Source: an uncultured Candidatus Rokubacteria bacterium
GTDB taxonomy: Bacteria; Methylomirabilota; Methylomirabilia; Rokubacteriales; CSP1-6
Length of the DNA: 64,000 bases
Direction of reading: 5' to 3'
NCBI GenBank assembly: GCA_963771355.1
Contig: CAVYTA010000006.1
Span: 1,120,001 to 1,184,000 of the forward strand
The first letter of the stretch is position 1. Every line of letters begins with the position of its first letter. This document shows, piece after piece, positions 41,201-52,698 of the stretch. Under the pieces are notes generated by a model that was not told the origin of the DNA, did not search any database, and saw only the letters and a program-made list of their open reading frames with translations. The translations under genes and the position numbers were made by a program.

Positions 41201-41357
41201 AATAGGGACAGACCCCGGGATGCACCTTCGCTTCCTTGATCCGAAGCGACGTCGCGGCGGCGGCCACCGGCTGGAGGTCGAGCGTGCCGGTGCCGACGGC
41301 GACGGCGGTCCCGGTGCTTCCCGCATACTTGAGGAAGTCCCGTCGTGAAAGAGTCAT
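38231..41357 (-). CDS. fdnG: Selenocysteine formate dehydrogenase alpha subunit (FdnG/FdoG-type, Tat-exported); one +1 frameshift near 39305
   Basis: SRRDFLK Tat; CPYCAVGC..C; HQARV-UGA-HSATVPALGTTFGRGAMT; ALRGHANVQG; WPANRRILYNRAS; TTYRLTEH. Joins three track ORFs. Confidence 0.92.
40749..40781 (-). promoter_or_regulatory. Sec UGA codon (40781-40779) and bacterial SECIS hairpin (40767-40749)
   Basis: UGA, 11 nt, then GGUCCC-AGCUUUG-GGGACC stem-loop. Confidence 0.85.
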
Positions 41358-41455
41358 GGCACCTCTCCTCGTTGAGTGTGGGATGGCTCCGCTGCCGGGC
41401 ATGCGGGGCACTGCGAGGGGCCCTGGGTGGTGGGAGCAAGCATTTGGGCTGGAGG

Positions 41456-41486
41456 ATTGTATGGTCAGACCACCCTTGGTCGTCAA
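41456..41486 (-). promoter_or_regulatory. fdh promoter containing FadR-type operator TGGTCTGACCA
   Basis: TTGACG (41486-41481), 19 bp, TACAAT (41461-41456); palindrome at 41462-41472 lies in the spacer. Confidence 0.7.
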
Positions 41487-41519
41487 GGTTATCGGCGTTA
41501 TAGAGACTGACGCTCTGCG

Positions 41520-41822
41520 TTAGGCATCCTCCCGCCCCAGGTGGGCGCGATCCCTCATATACGCGTCGTACCGAGCCTTGATCAGAACCTGGGCCTGGGC
41601 GATCTCGCCGGCTTCCAGCGCGCCGACGATCGCCTTCTGTAGCGGCGGGTCGACGATCCCGCCGCCCAGCACCGGATCGTAGTAGCGCCCGAGCTCGAGG
41701 AGGAGGCGCTTCACCCGCGGGATATCGTCCAGGTGCTCCTCGAGCTCGTGGATGAGGGTCAGGGCATGGTCCTCGCGCTTGCGCCGGCGGAAGCCCTTGT
41801 CCGGCGGCGGCGTCTCCGTCAT
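41520..41822 (-). CDS. Hypothetical 100-aa protein
   Basis: ATG overlaps truA stop (ATGA); GC3-rich codons; helical sequence [32 protein letters not shown]. Confidence 0.7.
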   Translation of the reverse strand: MTETPPPDKGFRRRKREDHALTLIHELEEHLDDIPRVKRLLLELGRYYDPVLGGGIVDPPLQKAIVGALEAGEIAQAQVLIKARYDAYMRDRAHLGREDA

Positions 41823-42583
41823 CGGCCGTCGACCCCGTAGAGCACGCGGACCAGAAAGAGGCCCTGGGGGGGCGCGGTGGGGCCGGCTCTCCGACGGTCG
41901 CGACCCTCCAGGAGCTCGGCGATCCAGCCGGGCGCGCGGGCGCCGCGACCGACCTCCACCAGGCTTCCCACGATGTTCCGAACCATGTGGTGGAGGAAGC
42001 TGTCGGCGGAGATGAGCACGGCGAGCCGGTCGCGCCGGGTCAGCACCCGCGCCGAGCGCACGGTGCACGTGGGCGAGCGATCCCGACCCGCCGCCGCGCA
42101 GAAGGCCGTGAAGTCGTGCTTGCCCCGGAGGAGGTGGAGACCCTGCCCCATCGCGGCGGCATCGAGCGGGCGCGGGAGATGCCAGGCGTGACGGCGGAGG
42201 AACGGATCGGCGGTGGCCGCCCGGTCGATCACGTAGAGGTACCGCTTGCCCAGCGCCGAGCGCCGGGCGTCGAAGCCCGCGGGCGCCGGCCGCGCGTCCG
42301 TCACCCGCACCTGCGCCGGCAGCAGGGCGTTCAGCGCGCGGCGCAGCGCCTCCGGCGTCATTCCCGTATCGAGGCTGAGGCTTGCCACCTGGCGGAGGGC
42401 GTGCACGCCGGCGTCGGTGCGGCTGGCGCCCGTGACCTTGGGCGACGCCCCCTCGGGCACCGCCCCCACCAGGCGCGCGCAGGCGTTGATCAGCAAACCC
42501 TGCACGCTGACCTGGTCCGGCTGATACTGCCAGCCGTGGAGGTCGGTGCCGTCGTACGCGAGCGTGAGCCGGAAGGTCGCCGT
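41819..42583 (-). CDS. truA: tRNA pseudouridine(38-40) synthase; apparent ACG start
   Basis: [58 protein letters not shown]. Confidence 0.93.
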   Translation of the reverse strand, partial: TATFRLTLAYDGTDLHGWQYQPDQVSVQGLLINACARLVGAVPEGASPKVTGASRTDAGVHALRQVASLSLDTGMTPEALRRALNALLPAQVRVTDARPAPAGFDARRSALGKRYLYVIDRAATADPFLRRHAWHLPRPLDAAAMGQGLHLLRGKHDFTAFCAAAGRDRSPTCTVRSARVLTRRDRLAVLISADSFLHHMVRNIVGSLVEVGRGARAPGWIAELLEGRDRRRAGPTAPPQGLFLVRVLYGVDGR

Positions 42584-42599
42584 GCCTGGTCCCCGCGGG

Positions 42600-43604
42600 T
42601 CAGCGGATCAGGAGCTCCGCGATCTGGACCCCGTTGAGCGCCGCGCCCTTGCGCAGCTGATCGCCCACCACCCAGAAGTTGAGACCGTTGGGCGTGGTGA
42701 GATCCGGACGGACGCGGCCGACGAAGCAGTCGTCCTGCCCCTCCACGTGCACCGGCATCGGGTAGCGCTGCTGCGCCGGCTCGTCCCAGAGCGCGAGGCC
42801 CGGGAAGGCGGCGAAGACCTCCCACGCGCGCGCCACTCCCACCGGCACCTCCGTCTCCACGTTCACCGCCACCGAGTGCGCGGTGAAGACGGGGACGCGC
42901 ACGGTGGTCGGCGAGACGAGCAGGTCGGGGAGTTCGAGGATCTTGCGCACCTCGTGGACCAGCTTCATCTCCTCGCCGGTATAGCCGTTGTCGCCGAACT
43001 TGTCGATGTGCGGGATCACGTTGAAGGCGATCTGATGGGCGAAGTACCGGGGGACCATGGCCTCGCCGCGTGCCCACGCGAGGGTCTGCGTACGAAGCTC
43101 CTCCACCCCGTTCACGCCCGCTCCCGACACCGCCTGGTAGCTGGTGGCGATCACGCGCCGGAGCCGTCCGGCGTCGTGGAGCGGCTTGAGCGGCATGACG
43201 GTGACGATGCTGGTGCAGTTGGGACAGGCCACGATGCCGGCATGGCCCTTCACCGCGTGCGCGTTGACCTCCGGGACCACCAGCGGAACCGCGGGGTCCA
43301 TGCGAAAGGCGCTGGACTTGTCCACCACCACCGCCCCCGCCTTGACCGCCACCGGCGCGAACTCCCTGGACTGGGCGGAGCCGGCGGAGAAGAGCGCGAT
43401 CTCGACGCCCTTGAACGCCTCGTGGTCGAGCTTCTCCACGCGAAGCGTTTCCCCCCCGAAGGCTACCGTCTTGCCCGCCGACCGCTCCGACGCGAAGACC
43501 CGGAGGTCCTTCACGGGGAACTTCCGCTCCTCGAGGATCTTGAGCGTGGTTTGTCCCACCGCGCCCGTCACCCCCACCACCGCCACCCGCACCCCTGACG
43601 CCAT
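42600..43604 (-). CDS. asd: Aspartate-semialdehyde dehydrogenase
   Basis: [45 protein letters not shown]. Confidence 0.97.
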   Translation of the reverse strand: MASGVRVAVVGVTGAVGQTTLKILEERKFPVKDLRVFASERSAGKTVAFGGETLRVEKLDHEAFKGVEIALFSAGSAQSREFAPVAVKAGAVVVDKSSAFRMDPAVPLVVPEVNAHAVKGHAGIVACPNCTSIVTVMPLKPLHDAGRLRRVIATSYQAVSGAGVNGVEELRTQTLAWARGEAMVPRYFAHQIAFNVIPHIDKFGDNGYTGEEMKLVHEVRKILELPDLLVSPTTVRVPVFTAHSVAVNVETEVPVGVARAWEVFAAFPGLALWDEPAQQRYPMPVHVEGQDDCFVGRVRPDLTTPNGLNFWVVGDQLRKGAALNGVQIAELLIR

Positions 43605-43651
43605 GACTCGACCGTTTCTCCGTCGCTCGTGAGCGTCGCCGGTGGGCGACG

Positions 43652-44740
43652 CTAGTAGGACTTCTCGACTTCGCGGCTCACCAGGTCGCCCATCTGCTGC
43701 GTCCCCACCGGCCGGTCACCCGCCGCGCAGATGTCCGCCGTCCGATGGCCCGCCTCGAGCACCTTGAGCACCGCCGCTTCCACGCGATCCGCGTCGGCGC
43801 CGCGGTTGAGCGAGTAGCGGAGCAGCATGGCCGCGGACAGGATGGCGGCAATGGGATTGGCCACCCCCTTACCCGCGATGTCGGGGGCGGTGCCGTGCAC
43901 CGGCTCGTAGAGTCCCCCCGTGTCGCCCAGGCTCGCGGAGGGCAGCATGCCCATGGAGCCGGCCAGGATGGCCGCCTCGTCGGAAAGGATGTCCCCGAAG
44001 GTGTTCTCCGTCACCAGGGTGTCGAAGTGGGTGGGCTTGTGCACCAGGGCCATGGCGCAGTTGTCCACCAGCACGTGCTCCACCTGCACCTGGGGATACT
44101 CGGCCGCCAGCCGGTTCACCGTGTCCCGCCAGAGCTGGGACACCACCAGCACGTTGGACTTGTCCACCGAGGCCAGCCGCTTCTTCCGCTTCATCGCCAC
44201 GTCGAAGGCGGCACGGACGACACGTTCAATCTCGCGCGTCGTGTAGGACATGGTGTTGACGGCGCGCTCGCCCCCGCCCGGCAGCGCTTCGCGGCCGCGC
44301 GGCTCGCCGAAGTACAGCCCGCCGGTGAGCTCGCGGATCACCATGAGATCGGTGCCCTCGACCACCGAGCGCTTGAGCGGTGAGGCATCCACCAGCATGG
44401 GGAAGCACTTGGCGGGGCGGAGATTCGCGAAGAGGTCGAGCTCCTTGCGGATGCGCAGGAGCCCGCGCTCGGGTCTCGCCTCCTGGGGCAGGTTGTCCCA
44501 CTTGGGCCCCCCCACCGCGCCGAAGAGGATGGCGTCCGCCTGCCGGCACACCCGCAGCGCCGCCTCCGGCAGCGGCCCGCCGGTGGCATCGATGGCGGCG
44601 CCGCCCACCAGGCCCCCCTCGAACTCGAAGGTGGAGCCGGTGGCTTTGCCCACCACCTCGAGCACGCGCCGGGCTTCCGGGGTCACCTCGGCGCCGATTC
44701 CGTCGCCGGGCAGCAGCGCGATCTTGTGGGTCATGGCCAT
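43652..44740 (-). CDS. leuB: 3-isopropylmalate dehydrogenase
   Basis: [44 protein letters not shown]. Confidence 0.97.
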   Translation of the reverse strand: MAMTHKIALLPGDGIGAEVTPEARRVLEVVGKATGSTFEFEGGLVGGAAIDATGGPLPEAALRVCRQADAILFGAVGGPKWDNLPQEARPERGLLRIRKELDLFANLRPAKCFPMLVDASPLKRSVVEGTDLMVIRELTGGLYFGEPRGREALPGGGERAVNTMSYTTREIERVVRAAFDVAMKRKKRLASVDKSNVLVVSQLWRDTVNRLAAEYPQVQVEHVLVDNCAMALVHKPTHFDTLVTENTFGDILSDEAAILAGSMGMLPSASLGDTGGLYEPVHGTAPDIAGKGVANPIAAILSAAMLLRYSLNRGADADRVEAAVLKVLEAGHRTADICAAGDRPVGTQQMGDLVSREVEKSY

Positions 44741-44780
44741 GGGGCGTCTCTCCGGTGGTCCGGGTTCGGGGGCGTGCGCG

Positions 44781-45590
44781 TCAGTGCGCGTCCCGGGGGG
44801 CCTTGTCCGCCGGCAGTCCGCCCTCGCGACGTCGCGCCCAGAGGGGACGCGTGGGGCCGCTGAGCAGGTAGACGCCGAAGAGCGCGAACAGGAACCACTG
44901 CGGATGGGTGGCCACGATCAGCACCCCGAGCACCACCGGGAGGAGGAGCCCCACCGGGCGGCGCCGCGCGAAGTCGATCTCCTTGAAGCTGTAGTAGCGG
45001 AATGTCGAGACCATGAGCAGCGCCACGATGTAGGTGCCCACCGCGATGGCGCTGGCTTGCCAGCGCTCGAGCGGCTCGCCGTCGAGCAGGAGCACCACCG
45101 CGACCACCATCCCCGCCGCGGCGGGAGTGGGCAGGCCCACGAAGTAGCGACGGTCGACCACGCCGGTGTAGACGTTGAAGCGGGCGAGCCGGAGCGCCCC
45201 GCAGATCACGAACAGGAAGGAGCCCAGCCAGGCGGCGCGGCCCAGGGGCCCCAGCGCCAGCATGTAGAGCATGAAGGCGGGCGCCACGCAGAACGAGACG
45301 ACGTCGGCGAGCGAGTCGAACTCCACCCCGAACTGGCTGGTGGTCTTGGTGAGGCGCGCCACCTTGCCGTCGAGCAGGTCGAGCACCATGGCCACGAACA
45401 CCGACACCGCCGCCTCGGTGTACCGCTGCTGAGTGGTGAGGATGAGGGCCAGGAAGCCGCAGAAGAGATTGCCGGTGGTGAGCAGGCTCGGCAGCAGAAA
45501 GATGCCGCGGCGACGCTGCTCGCGCAGCTCCTGCCAGCGGCGCCCCCGCGCCCCGCGCCCCCCTTCGCTCGGAATATGCCGTCGTCTCAT
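44781..45590 (-). CDS. pssA: CDP-diacylglycerol--serine O-phosphatidyltransferase
   Basis: [50 protein letters not shown]. Confidence 0.93.
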   Translation of the reverse strand: MRRRHIPSEGGRGARGRRWQELREQRRRGIFLLPSLLTTGNLFCGFLALILTTQQRYTEAAVSVFVAMVLDLLDGKVARLTKTTSQFGVEFDSLADVVSFCVAPAFMLYMLALGPLGRAAWLGSFLFVICGALRLARFNVYTGVVDRRYFVGLPTPAAAGMVVAVVLLLDGEPLERWQASAIAVGTYIVALLMVSTFRYYSFKEIDFARRRPVGLLLPVVLGVLIVATHPQWFLFALFGVYLLSGPTRPLWARRREGGLPADKAPRDAH

Positions 45591-46219
45591 GATTCCCTCA
45601 GCATCCCCATGACGGTTTCCCCGCCCCTGACCCGATCGCCCACCTTCACGCGCAGCTCCGTTCCCGTCGGCACCAGCAGGTCCGTCCGCGAGCCGAAGCG
45701 GATCATCCCGTACCGCTGCCCGGCCAGGAGCTTGTCGCCCGGCCGAACCCGGCACACGATGCGCCGGGCCAGCACTCCCGAGATCTGGCGCACCGACAGC
45801 CGCGCCACGTCCGACTCCAGCGCGACCGTGCAGCGCTCGTTCTGTTCCGACGCCTCGGACTTGTAGGCGGCGAGGAAGCGCCCGGACACGTATTCCACAT
45901 CCCGCACGATACCGGCCGCCGGGGCCCGATTCACGTGCACGTCGAGGGGAGAGAGGAAGATCGAGAGGCGCACCGCCCGGCCCACCCAGCGATCCTCGAC
46001 CTCCACGACACCCATCACCTTGCCATCGGCGGGCGCCAGCACGGCGCCCGGCAGCGTGGGCACCACCCGCTCGGGATCCCGGAAAAAGGCCAGGAACGCG
46101 AGCGCCACCGCCGTGAGGACCCCCGCGGCGATGGGCCATCCCATCAGCGCCAGGATACACGCGGCCACCGCCGGAGGAAAGATGAACGGCCATCCCTCGG
46201 CGGCGACCGGTATGCGCAC
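45587..46219 (-). CDS. psd: Phosphatidylserine decarboxylase proenzyme
   Basis: FFRDPER, APADG, IFLSPLDVHVNR, RFGSR self-cleavage motif; GTG 46219. Confidence 0.92.
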   Translation of the reverse strand: MRIPVAAEGWPFIFPPAVAACILALMGWPIAAGVLTAVALAFLAFFRDPERVVPTLPGAVLAPADGKVMGVVEVEDRWVGRAVRLSIFLSPLDVHVNRAPAAGIVRDVEYVSGRFLAAYKSEASEQNERCTVALESDVARLSVRQISGVLARRIVCRVRPGDKLLAGQRYGMIRFGSRTDLLVPTGTELRVKVGDRVRGGETVMGMLRES

Positions 46220-46242
46220 GAAGACCTCCCGCCCGCCGGCCC

Positions 46243-47247
46243 CTACTCCCGCGGCGGCTTGATCCAGGACATCATCTTCCGCAGCCGGGCCCCGACCTCC
46301 TCGATCGGATGCTCGGCATCCCGCTTCCGCATGGCGAGGAAGCCGGCGCGGTTGGCCTGGTTCTCCAGGATCCACTCCCGCGCGAACTGACCCGACTGGA
46401 TCTCGGCGAGGATCTTCTTCATCTCCGCCTTGATCCGGTCGTCCACGATGCGGGGCCCCCGCGTGTAGTCGCCGTACTCCGCGGTGTCGGACACCGAGTA
46501 GCGCATGTAGGCCAGGCCGCCCTGGTAGAACAGGTCCACGATCAGCTTCATCTCGTGCATGCACTCGAAGTAGGCCACCTCGGGCTGATAGCCGGCCTCC
46601 ACCAGGGTCTCGAAGGCGTTCTTGATGAGGTGAGAGACGCCGCCGCAGAGCGTGGTCTGCTCGCCGAAGAGGTCGGTCTCCGTCTCCTCCTTGAACGTGG
46701 TCTCGATGATGCCGGCGCGCGCGCACCCCACGCCCTTGCCGTAGGCCAGCGCGAGGTCCTTGGCCTTGCCCGACACGTCCTGGTACACCGCCACCAGCGC
46801 GGGCACGCCGGGCCCCTGGGTGAAGAGATCGCGCATCACGTGGCCGGGGGCCTTGGGCGCGATCATGGACACGTCCACGTCGGGCGAGGGCACCACCTGG
46901 TTGAAGTGGATGTTGAAGCCGTGGGCGAACATGAGCATCTTGCCCTTGCCCAGCGCCCCCTTGATGGACTCCTCGTACACCTGGCGCTGGGTCTGGTCGG
47001 GCAGGAGGATCATGATGATGTCGCCGGCGGCGGCGGCCTCGTTGACGCTCATGACCTTGAGCCCGGCCTTCTCGGCCCGGGCCCAGCCCTTCGAGCCCTT
47101 GTACAGCCCGATGACCACGTCCTGACCGGAGTCCTTCAGGTTCAGGGCGTGGGCGTGCCCCTGGCTCCCGTAGCCGATGATGGCCACCTTCTTGCCCCGC
47201 AGGAGGCCGAGGTCGGCATCCTGGTCGTAATAGATCTTGGCCGGCAT
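46243..47247 (-). CDS. ilvC: Ketol-acid reductoisomerase
   Basis: [32 protein letters not shown]. Confidence 0.98.
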   Translation of the reverse strand: MPAKIYYDQDADLGLLRGKKVAIIGYGSQGHAHALNLKDSGQDVVIGLYKGSKGWARAEKAGLKVMSVNEAAAAGDIIMILLPDQTQRQVYEESIKGALGKGKMLMFAHGFNIHFNQVVPSPDVDVSMIAPKAPGHVMRDLFTQGPGVPALVAVYQDVSGKAKDLALAYGKGVGCARAGIIETTFKEETETDLFGEQTTLCGGVSHLIKNAFETLVEAGYQPEVAYFECMHEMKLIVDLFYQGGLAYMRYSVSDTAEYGDYTRGPRIVDDRIKAEMKKILAEIQSGQFAREWILENQANRAGFLAMRKRDAEHPIEEVGARLRKMMSWIKPPRE

Positions 47248-47270
47248 GATGAGGGTCTCCCTTGGAGTGG

Positions 47271-47861
47271 TTAGTCCGCGAAACCGACGACCTTCGGATC
47301 CTGGCTCTGCGGGCGCGGCGGCCCGGGCCGCTTGCCCAGCTTCTCTTCCACCTTCCGCACGCGGTTCTTCGAGCTCCGCGCGATGGCCACCTTCCCCGTG
47401 CGCACCACCTCCTGGATGCCGAAGGGCCGCAGGAGATCGATGATGGCCTCGATCTTGCCCTCCTCGCCGGTGGCTTCCAGCGTGTAGGTGGTGGGCGTGA
47501 CGTCCACCACCTTGGCCCGGAAGATGTCCCCGATGCGGAGGATCTCCGCGCGGGCGCCCGGCTCGGCATTGACCTTGAGGAGGAGCATCTCCCGCTCCAC
47601 GTGATCCTCCTCGCTGAGGTCGGTCACCTTGATGACGTCGATGAGCTTGTGCAGCTGCTTGATCACCTGCTCGATGATGAAGGCGTCGCCGCGCACCACC
47701 AGGGTCATGCGCGACACGGTGGGGTCGAGCGTCTCCCCCACCGAGAGGCTCTCGATGTTGTAGCCGCGGGCGGAGAAGAGTCCGGCCACGCGCGAGAGCA
47801 CGCCGAACTTGTTCTCCACGAGCACGGCGATGGTGTGCTTGCGCGGATCGTCGCCGTTCAC
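47271..47861 (-). CDS. ilvH: Acetolactate synthase small subunit
   Basis: [28 protein letters not shown] domain; EREMLLLKV. Confidence 0.95.
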   Translation of the reverse strand: MNGDDPRKHTIAVLVENKFGVLSRVAGLFSARGYNIESLSVGETLDPTVSRMTLVVRGDAFIIEQVIKQLHKLIDVIKVTDLSEEDHVEREMLLLKVNAEPGARAEILRIGDIFRAKVVDVTPTTYTLEATGEEGKIEAIIDLLRPFGIQEVVRTGKVAIARSSKNRVRKVEEKLGKRPGPPRPQSQDPKVVGFAD

Positions 47862-47862
47862 G

Positions 47863-49617
47863 CTAGAATCCCGTCTGCGACTTGGCCGCGCGATCCCGGA
47901 CCTCCCGGCTGGGAGGCGCGACGATCATGTCGGTGTTGGCCCCGCCCGCGGGCACCATCGGGAACACGCACTCGTGCTTGTCCACCCAGACGTCCACCAC
48001 CACCGGGCCCGGGGTGGCGATCATCTTCTCGAGCGCGGGCCTCACCTCGCCGGGCTTGGTGGCGCGGATGCCGGTGCACCCGTAGGCCTCCGCCAGCTTC
48101 ACGAAGTCGGGGCTGGGCCCGAGATCGATGGCGCTGAAGCGCTCCTTGTAGATGATCCGCTGCCACTGCCGCACCATGCCGTGCCCGCCGTTGTTGATGA
48201 TGATGGTCTTCACGGGCAGGCGCTCCTCGTGGCAGGTGGCGAGCTCCTGGCTGTTCATCTGGAAGGACCCGTCGCCGTCGATGTTGACCACCAAGCGATC
48301 GGGGTTGCCCGCCTGCACGCCCATGGCGGTGGGGAGCCCATACCCCATGGTGCCGAGCCCGCCGGAGGTGCACCACATGCGCGGGTGCTTGAAGCGGTAG
48401 TACTGGGCCGCCCACATCTGATGCTGCCCCACCCCGGTCACCACGAACGCCTCTCCGTTGGTGAGCGTGGACAGCTCCTCGATCACGAACTGCGGCTTGA
48501 TGACGTCCTCGCTCCACTCGTAGCGGAGGGGCTGATCGCGCCGCCATTCCGCGATCTGCTCCGCCCACTGACGCCGCGTCTCCTTCATCACGCCCGCGGG
48601 ATAGGACTTCAGCTCCTCGCGCACCGCCTCCAGCAGCTTGGCGAGCACGCGCTTGCAATCGCCCACGATGGGGATGGCCACCGGGATGTTCTTCGAGATC
48701 GACGAGGGATCGATGTCCACGTGGATGATCTCGGCATGGGGGGAGAAGGCGTCCACGCGGCCGGTGACGCGGTCGTCGAAGCGCGCCCCCACCGACATGA
48801 GGACGTCGGAGTGGTGGACGGCCATGTTGGCGTAGTAGGTCCCGTGCATCCCCAGCATGTCCAGCGACAGCGGGTGCGCCATGGGGAAGGCACCCAGGCC
48901 CATGAGGGTCTGCGTGACCGGGAGCTGGGCCAGCTCCGCCAGCTCGAGCAGCTCCGGCGACGCATCGGCGGAGATGGCGCCGCCCCCCACGTAGAGCACC
49001 GGCCGCTTGGCCCGGATGAGCGAGCGCGCCGCCTTCCGGATCTGACCCGGATGACCGTCGTAGGTGGGATTGTAGGAGCGCAGGTGGACGGTGTCCGGAT
49101 AGGAGAAGTCCCACTCCTTGACCAGGATGTCCTTGGGCAGGTCCACGTGCACCGGCCCCGGGCGGCCGCTCCGGGCGAGGAAGAACGCTTCCTTGATGGT
49201 GCCGGCGAGGTCGTCGCCGTCCTTCACCAGGAAGTTGTGCTTGGTGGCGGAGCGGGTGATTCCGACATTGTCGGCTTCCTGGAAGGCGTCGTTCCCGATG
49301 AGGTGCGTGGGCACCTGGCCGGTGAAGGCGACGAGCGGGATCGAGTCCATGAGCGCGTCCTGGAGCGCGGTCACCAGATTGGTGGCGGCGGGCCCGGAGG
49401 TCACCAGGCAGACGCCGACCCGGCCGGTGGTGCGGGAGTATCCCTCGGCCGCGTGGCCGGCGGCCGCCTCCTGGCGGACCAGGATATGACGGATTCCCTC
49501 GAAGTCGTACAGGACGTCGTAAATCGGCAGCACTGCGCCGCCCGGTAGACCGAAGATGAGGTCCACGCCTTCCTTCTTCAGTGACTCCAGCACGATCCGC
49601 GCTCCTGACATCTTCAC
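47863..49617 (-). CDS. ilvB: Acetolactate synthase large subunit (biosynthetic)
   Basis: [39 protein letters not shown]. Confidence 0.97.
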   Translation of the reverse strand: MKMSGARIVLESLKKEGVDLIFGLPGGAVLPIYDVLYDFEGIRHILVRQEAAAGHAAEGYSRTTGRVGVCLVTSGPAATNLVTALQDALMDSIPLVAFTGQVPTHLIGNDAFQEADNVGITRSATKHNFLVKDGDDLAGTIKEAFFLARSGRPGPVHVDLPKDILVKEWDFSYPDTVHLRSYNPTYDGHPGQIRKAARSLIRAKRPVLYVGGGAISADASPELLELAELAQLPVTQTLMGLGAFPMAHPLSLDMLGMHGTYYANMAVHHSDVLMSVGARFDDRVTGRVDAFSPHAEIIHVDIDPSSISKNIPVAIPIVGDCKRVLAKLLEAVREELKSYPAGVMKETRRQWAEQIAEWRRDQPLRYEWSEDVIKPQFVIEELSTLTNGEAFVVTGVGQHQMWAAQYYRFKHPRMWCTSGGLGTMGYGLPTAMGVQAGNPDRLVVNIDGDGSFQMNSQELATCHEERLPVKTIIINNGGHGMVRQWQRIIYKERFSAIDLGPSPDFVKLAEAYGCTGIRATKPGEVRPALEKMIATPGPVVVDVWVDKHECVFPMVPAGGANTDMIVAPPSREVRDRAAKSQTGF

Positions 49618-49749
49618 CGCTTGGTCTCCCTTCCTCGTCGATCGTCGCTGCTCATGCGTACACTACCGCCGCCCCGCCGTAGCCGGGCATTCCTGGATGT
49701 CCTCGATGGCGCCACCATCGGGCGTGCCCGGCGGAGCCCGGCCGGCCGC

Positions 49750-52545
49750 TCACGCACGGCGCGCGCCTCCCCGACGGGCGGCCCGCTTCCCCTGTCGCAC
49801 CATGCGCCTCGGCGGGCGCGCGGGCGTGCCCGCCGGGCGGGGCTCCGCGAGCTGCGCCTGGGCGGCGGCCATCCACGCCACCGGCACCGAGTAGGGCGAG
49901 CACGACACGTAGGTCATGCCCGCGCGGTGGCAGAACTCCACCGACGAGGGGTCGCCCCCATGCTCGCCGCAGATCCCGACCTTGAGCCCGGGCCGCGCGG
50001 CGCGCCCGCGCTCGATGCCCAGCTCGATCAGCTCGCCGACGCCCTCCTGGTCGAGCACCGCGAACGGGTCGGCGGGGAGCAGCTTCTTCTCCAGGTAGAA
50101 CGGAAGGAACTTGCCGATGTCGTCGCGGCTGTAGCCGAAGGTCATCTGGGTGAGGTCGTTCGTCCCGAAGGAGAAGAACTCCGCGTGCTCGGCGAGCTTC
50201 CCCGCCACCAGGGCGGCGCGAGGGACCTCGATCATGGTGCCCACCGTGTAGGGAACCCGCACGCCCGCCTCGGCCTGCACCGCCTCCGCCACCCGCCGGG
50301 TCATGTCCGCGGTCAGCCGCATCTCCGCCACCGTGCCGGTGAGCGGGATCATGATCTCCGGCTCCACCGCCCCCCCGCGACGGACCACCTCACAGGCGGC
50401 CTCGATGATGGCCCGCACCTGCATGTCGTAGATCTCGGGAGAGGTGATGCCGAGCCGGCAGCCGCGGTGCCCGAGCATGGGATTGGATTCCTGCAGGGCC
50501 TCCAGCCGCGCCTTGATCTCGCCCAGCTCCTGATGCCGGGCCGGATTGATGCCGCGCGCGTCCAGCCGCGTGTACTCCTCGAGCACGTCCTTGTACTTGG
50601 GCAGGAACTCGTGCAGCGGGGGATCCAGGAGCCGGATCGTCACCGGCAGCCCCTGCATCGCGGTGAAGATGCCCACGAAGTCCTCCCGCTGAAAGGGGAG
50701 GAGCCGATCCACCGCCTTCTGGCGAGCCTGGGCGTCCCCGGCCATGATCATCTCGCGAACGATGGGGATGCGGTCCTCCGCGAAGAACATGTGCTCGGTG
50801 CGGACGAGCCCGATGCCCTCGGCCGCGAACTCGCGGGACTTCAGCGCGTCCTCGGGCGTGTCGGCATTGGCCCGCACCCGGGTGGTGGCGAACTTGCGCG
50901 CCCAGTCCAGCAGCTCCTTGAACTCGGGCGACAGGGTGGGATCGATGAGGGGGAGCGCGCCCAGCACCACCTCGCCGGTGGCGCCGTTCAGCGTGATGGT
51001 CTGCCCCTCGCGCACCACCGCGCGGCCCACCCGGAAGAGACCGCGCTCCTCTTCGACCACCACCTCGCCCGCGCCGACGATGCAGGCCTTGCCCCAGCCG
51101 CGGGCCACCACCGCCGCGTGCGAGGTGAGGCCGCCGCGGGCGGTGAGGATGCCCTGCGAGGCGTGCATGCCGGCGACGTCCTCGGGCGAGGTCTCCGCAC
51201 GGACGAGGATGACCTTGTCCTCGCGCAGCGCCGCCTCGACCGCCCGGTCGGGGTGGAAGACCACCCTGCCGGTGGCGGCGGCCGCGGTGGCGGCCAGCCC
51301 CTGGGTCAGCGCGGTGTACTTGGCGCGGGGGTCCACCGTCTTGACGAGGAGCTGCTGCAGCGCGCCCGCGTCCACCCGGCGCACCGCGGCTTCGCGATCG
51401 ATCAGCCGCTCCCGCACCATCTCCACCGCAATCCGCACCGCCGCGCCGGCGGTGCGCTTGCCGGCGCGCGTCTGCAGCAGGTGGAGCCGGCCTTCCTGCA
51501 CCGTGAACTCCATGTCCTGCATGTCGCGGTAGTGCTTCTCCAGCCGGTCCTTGATGGCGACGAGCTGGGCGTACGCCTTGGGCATGCGCGTCTCGAGCGC
51601 GGCCAGCGGCTCGGGGGTGCGAATGCCCGCCACCACGTCCTCGCCCTGCGCGTTGACGAGGAACTCGCCGAAGAATCGGCGCTCGCCGGAGGAGGGATCC
51701 CGGCTGAAGCACACGCCGGTGCCGGAGGTGTCGCCGAGATTGCCGAAGACCATGGCCATGACCGTCACCGCCGTGCCCCAGTCGTCGGGCAGCCGGTGGA
51801 TGCGGCGGTAGTCCACCGCCTTCTTGGCGAACCACGAGTCGAACACGGCGTTGACGGCGAGGCGGAGCTGCTCGGAGGGGTCCTGGGGGAACGGCCGCCC
51901 GGTCTTGTCCTGCACCAGGGCCTTCGCGCTGGCCACCAGCTCTCTCAAGATGGCGGGCGGCACGTCGGCGTCGGTGCGGGCGCCGGCGCGGGCCTTGGCC
52001 TCGTCGAGGAGTCGATCGAAGGCCTGCCGCTCGATGCCCAGCACCACGTCGCCGAAGATGGTGAGGAAGCGACGGTAGCAATCCCAGGCGAAGCGCTCGT
52101 TCTTGGTCCAGCGGGCCAGGCCCTCGACCGTCCGGTCATTGAGGCCGAGGTTGAGGACGGTGTCCATCATGCCCGGCATGGAGGCGCGCGCGCCGGAGCG
52201 AACCGACACCAGGAGAGGGCGCTCGGGATCCCCGAGCTTGAGACCCGCGGCGGCCTCGAGCCGCGCGAGAGCGGCCAGGACCTGGGGCCAGAGGCCCGCC
52301 GGCGGCTGCTTGCCGCCGTCCACGTAGGCCTTCCACGCCTGGGTCGTGATCGTGAAACCCGGCGGCACGGGGATGCCGAGGTTGGTCATCTCGGCAAGCT
52401 CGCAGCCCTTGCCGCCGAGGAGATCCCGGAGCGCGCTCGACCCCTCCGCCTTGCCGTTCGCAAAGGCGTAGACGTACTTGAGCCCCTGGGTGGCGCGCTT
52501 CGCGGGCCTCGCCCGCGAGCGCACGCGCGCCTTGACCTGCGCCAT
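49750..52545 (-). CDS. ppdK: Pyruvate, phosphate dikinase
   Basis: LGGKG, SVRSGARASMPGMMDT, GGLTSHAAVVAR (catalytic His), NPMLGHRGCR, FSFGTNDLTQ, CGEHGG; basic N- and C-terminal tails. Confidence 0.97.
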   Translation of the reverse strand: MAQVKARVRSRARPAKRATQGLKYVYAFANGKAEGSSALRDLLGGKGCELAEMTNLGIPVPPGFTITTQAWKAYVDGGKQPPAGLWPQVLAALARLEAAAGLKLGDPERPLLVSVRSGARASMPGMMDTVLNLGLNDRTVEGLARWTKNERFAWDCYRRFLTIFGDVVLGIERQAFDRLLDEAKARAGARTDADVPPAILRELVASAKALVQDKTGRPFPQDPSEQLRLAVNAVFDSWFAKKAVDYRRIHRLPDDWGTAVTVMAMVFGNLGDTSGTGVCFSRDPSSGERRFFGEFLVNAQGEDVVAGIRTPEPLAALETRMPKAYAQLVAIKDRLEKHYRDMQDMEFTVQEGRLHLLQTRAGKRTAGAAVRIAVEMVRERLIDREAAVRRVDAGALQQLLVKTVDPRAKYTALTQGLAATAAAATGRVVFHPDRAVEAALREDKVILVRAETSPEDVAGMHASQGILTARGGLTSHAAVVARGWGKACIVGAGEVVVEEERGLFRVGRAVVREGQTITLNGATGEVVLGALPLIDPTLSPEFKELLDWARKFATTRVRANADTPEDALKSREFAAEGIGLVRTEHMFFAEDRIPIVREMIMAGDAQARQKAVDRLLPFQREDFVGIFTAMQGLPVTIRLLDPPLHEFLPKYKDVLEEYTRLDARGINPARHQELGEIKARLEALQESNPMLGHRGCRLGITSPEIYDMQVRAIIEAACEVVRRGGAVEPEIMIPLTGTVAEMRLTADMTRRVAEAVQAEAGVRVPYTVGTMIEVPRAALVAGKLAEHAEFFSFGTNDLTQMTFGYSRDDIGKFLPFYLEKKLLPADPFAVLDQEGVGELIELGIERGRAARPGLKVGICGEHGGDPSSVEFCHRAGMTYVSCSPYSVPVAWMAAAQAQLAEPRPAGTPARPPRRMVRQGKRAARRGGARRA

Positions 52546-52618
52546 CGAGCGAGCCCTCCGCCGCCGAGACATGGGGACAGAAAAAGATAGGCCCATCCAG
52601 GGCCTGGAGTACGCGCTC

Positions 52619-52647
52619 ATGCTACGGAAGGGGCCGGGGAATGTCAA
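52619..52647 (-). promoter_or_regulatory. Sigma70 promoter of ppdK
   Basis: TTGACA (52647-52642), 17 bp, TAGCAT (52624-52619). Confidence 0.7.
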
Positions 52648-52698
52648 CGAATAATCTTGCCGCCACGCGGACTTACGCAGGACTGCGGTCGCGGAAAC

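Noticed and set aside
41358..41455. About 95-nt fdh leader as a Moco/Tuco riboswitch
   Set aside because: I could not identify the conserved multi-stem pattern; an Rfam scan would settle it.
43652..49617. leuA/leuCD missing from the ilv-psd-pssA-leuB run (also argH/argC/argJ missing from the arg run)
   Set aside because: Ordinary operon rearrangement; the genes may be elsewhere and this cannot be judged from one window.
49614..49655. 13-codon uORF ([13 protein letters not shown]) overlapping the ilvB start as an attenuator peptide
   Set aside because: No Ile/Leu/Val codons and no downstream terminator.
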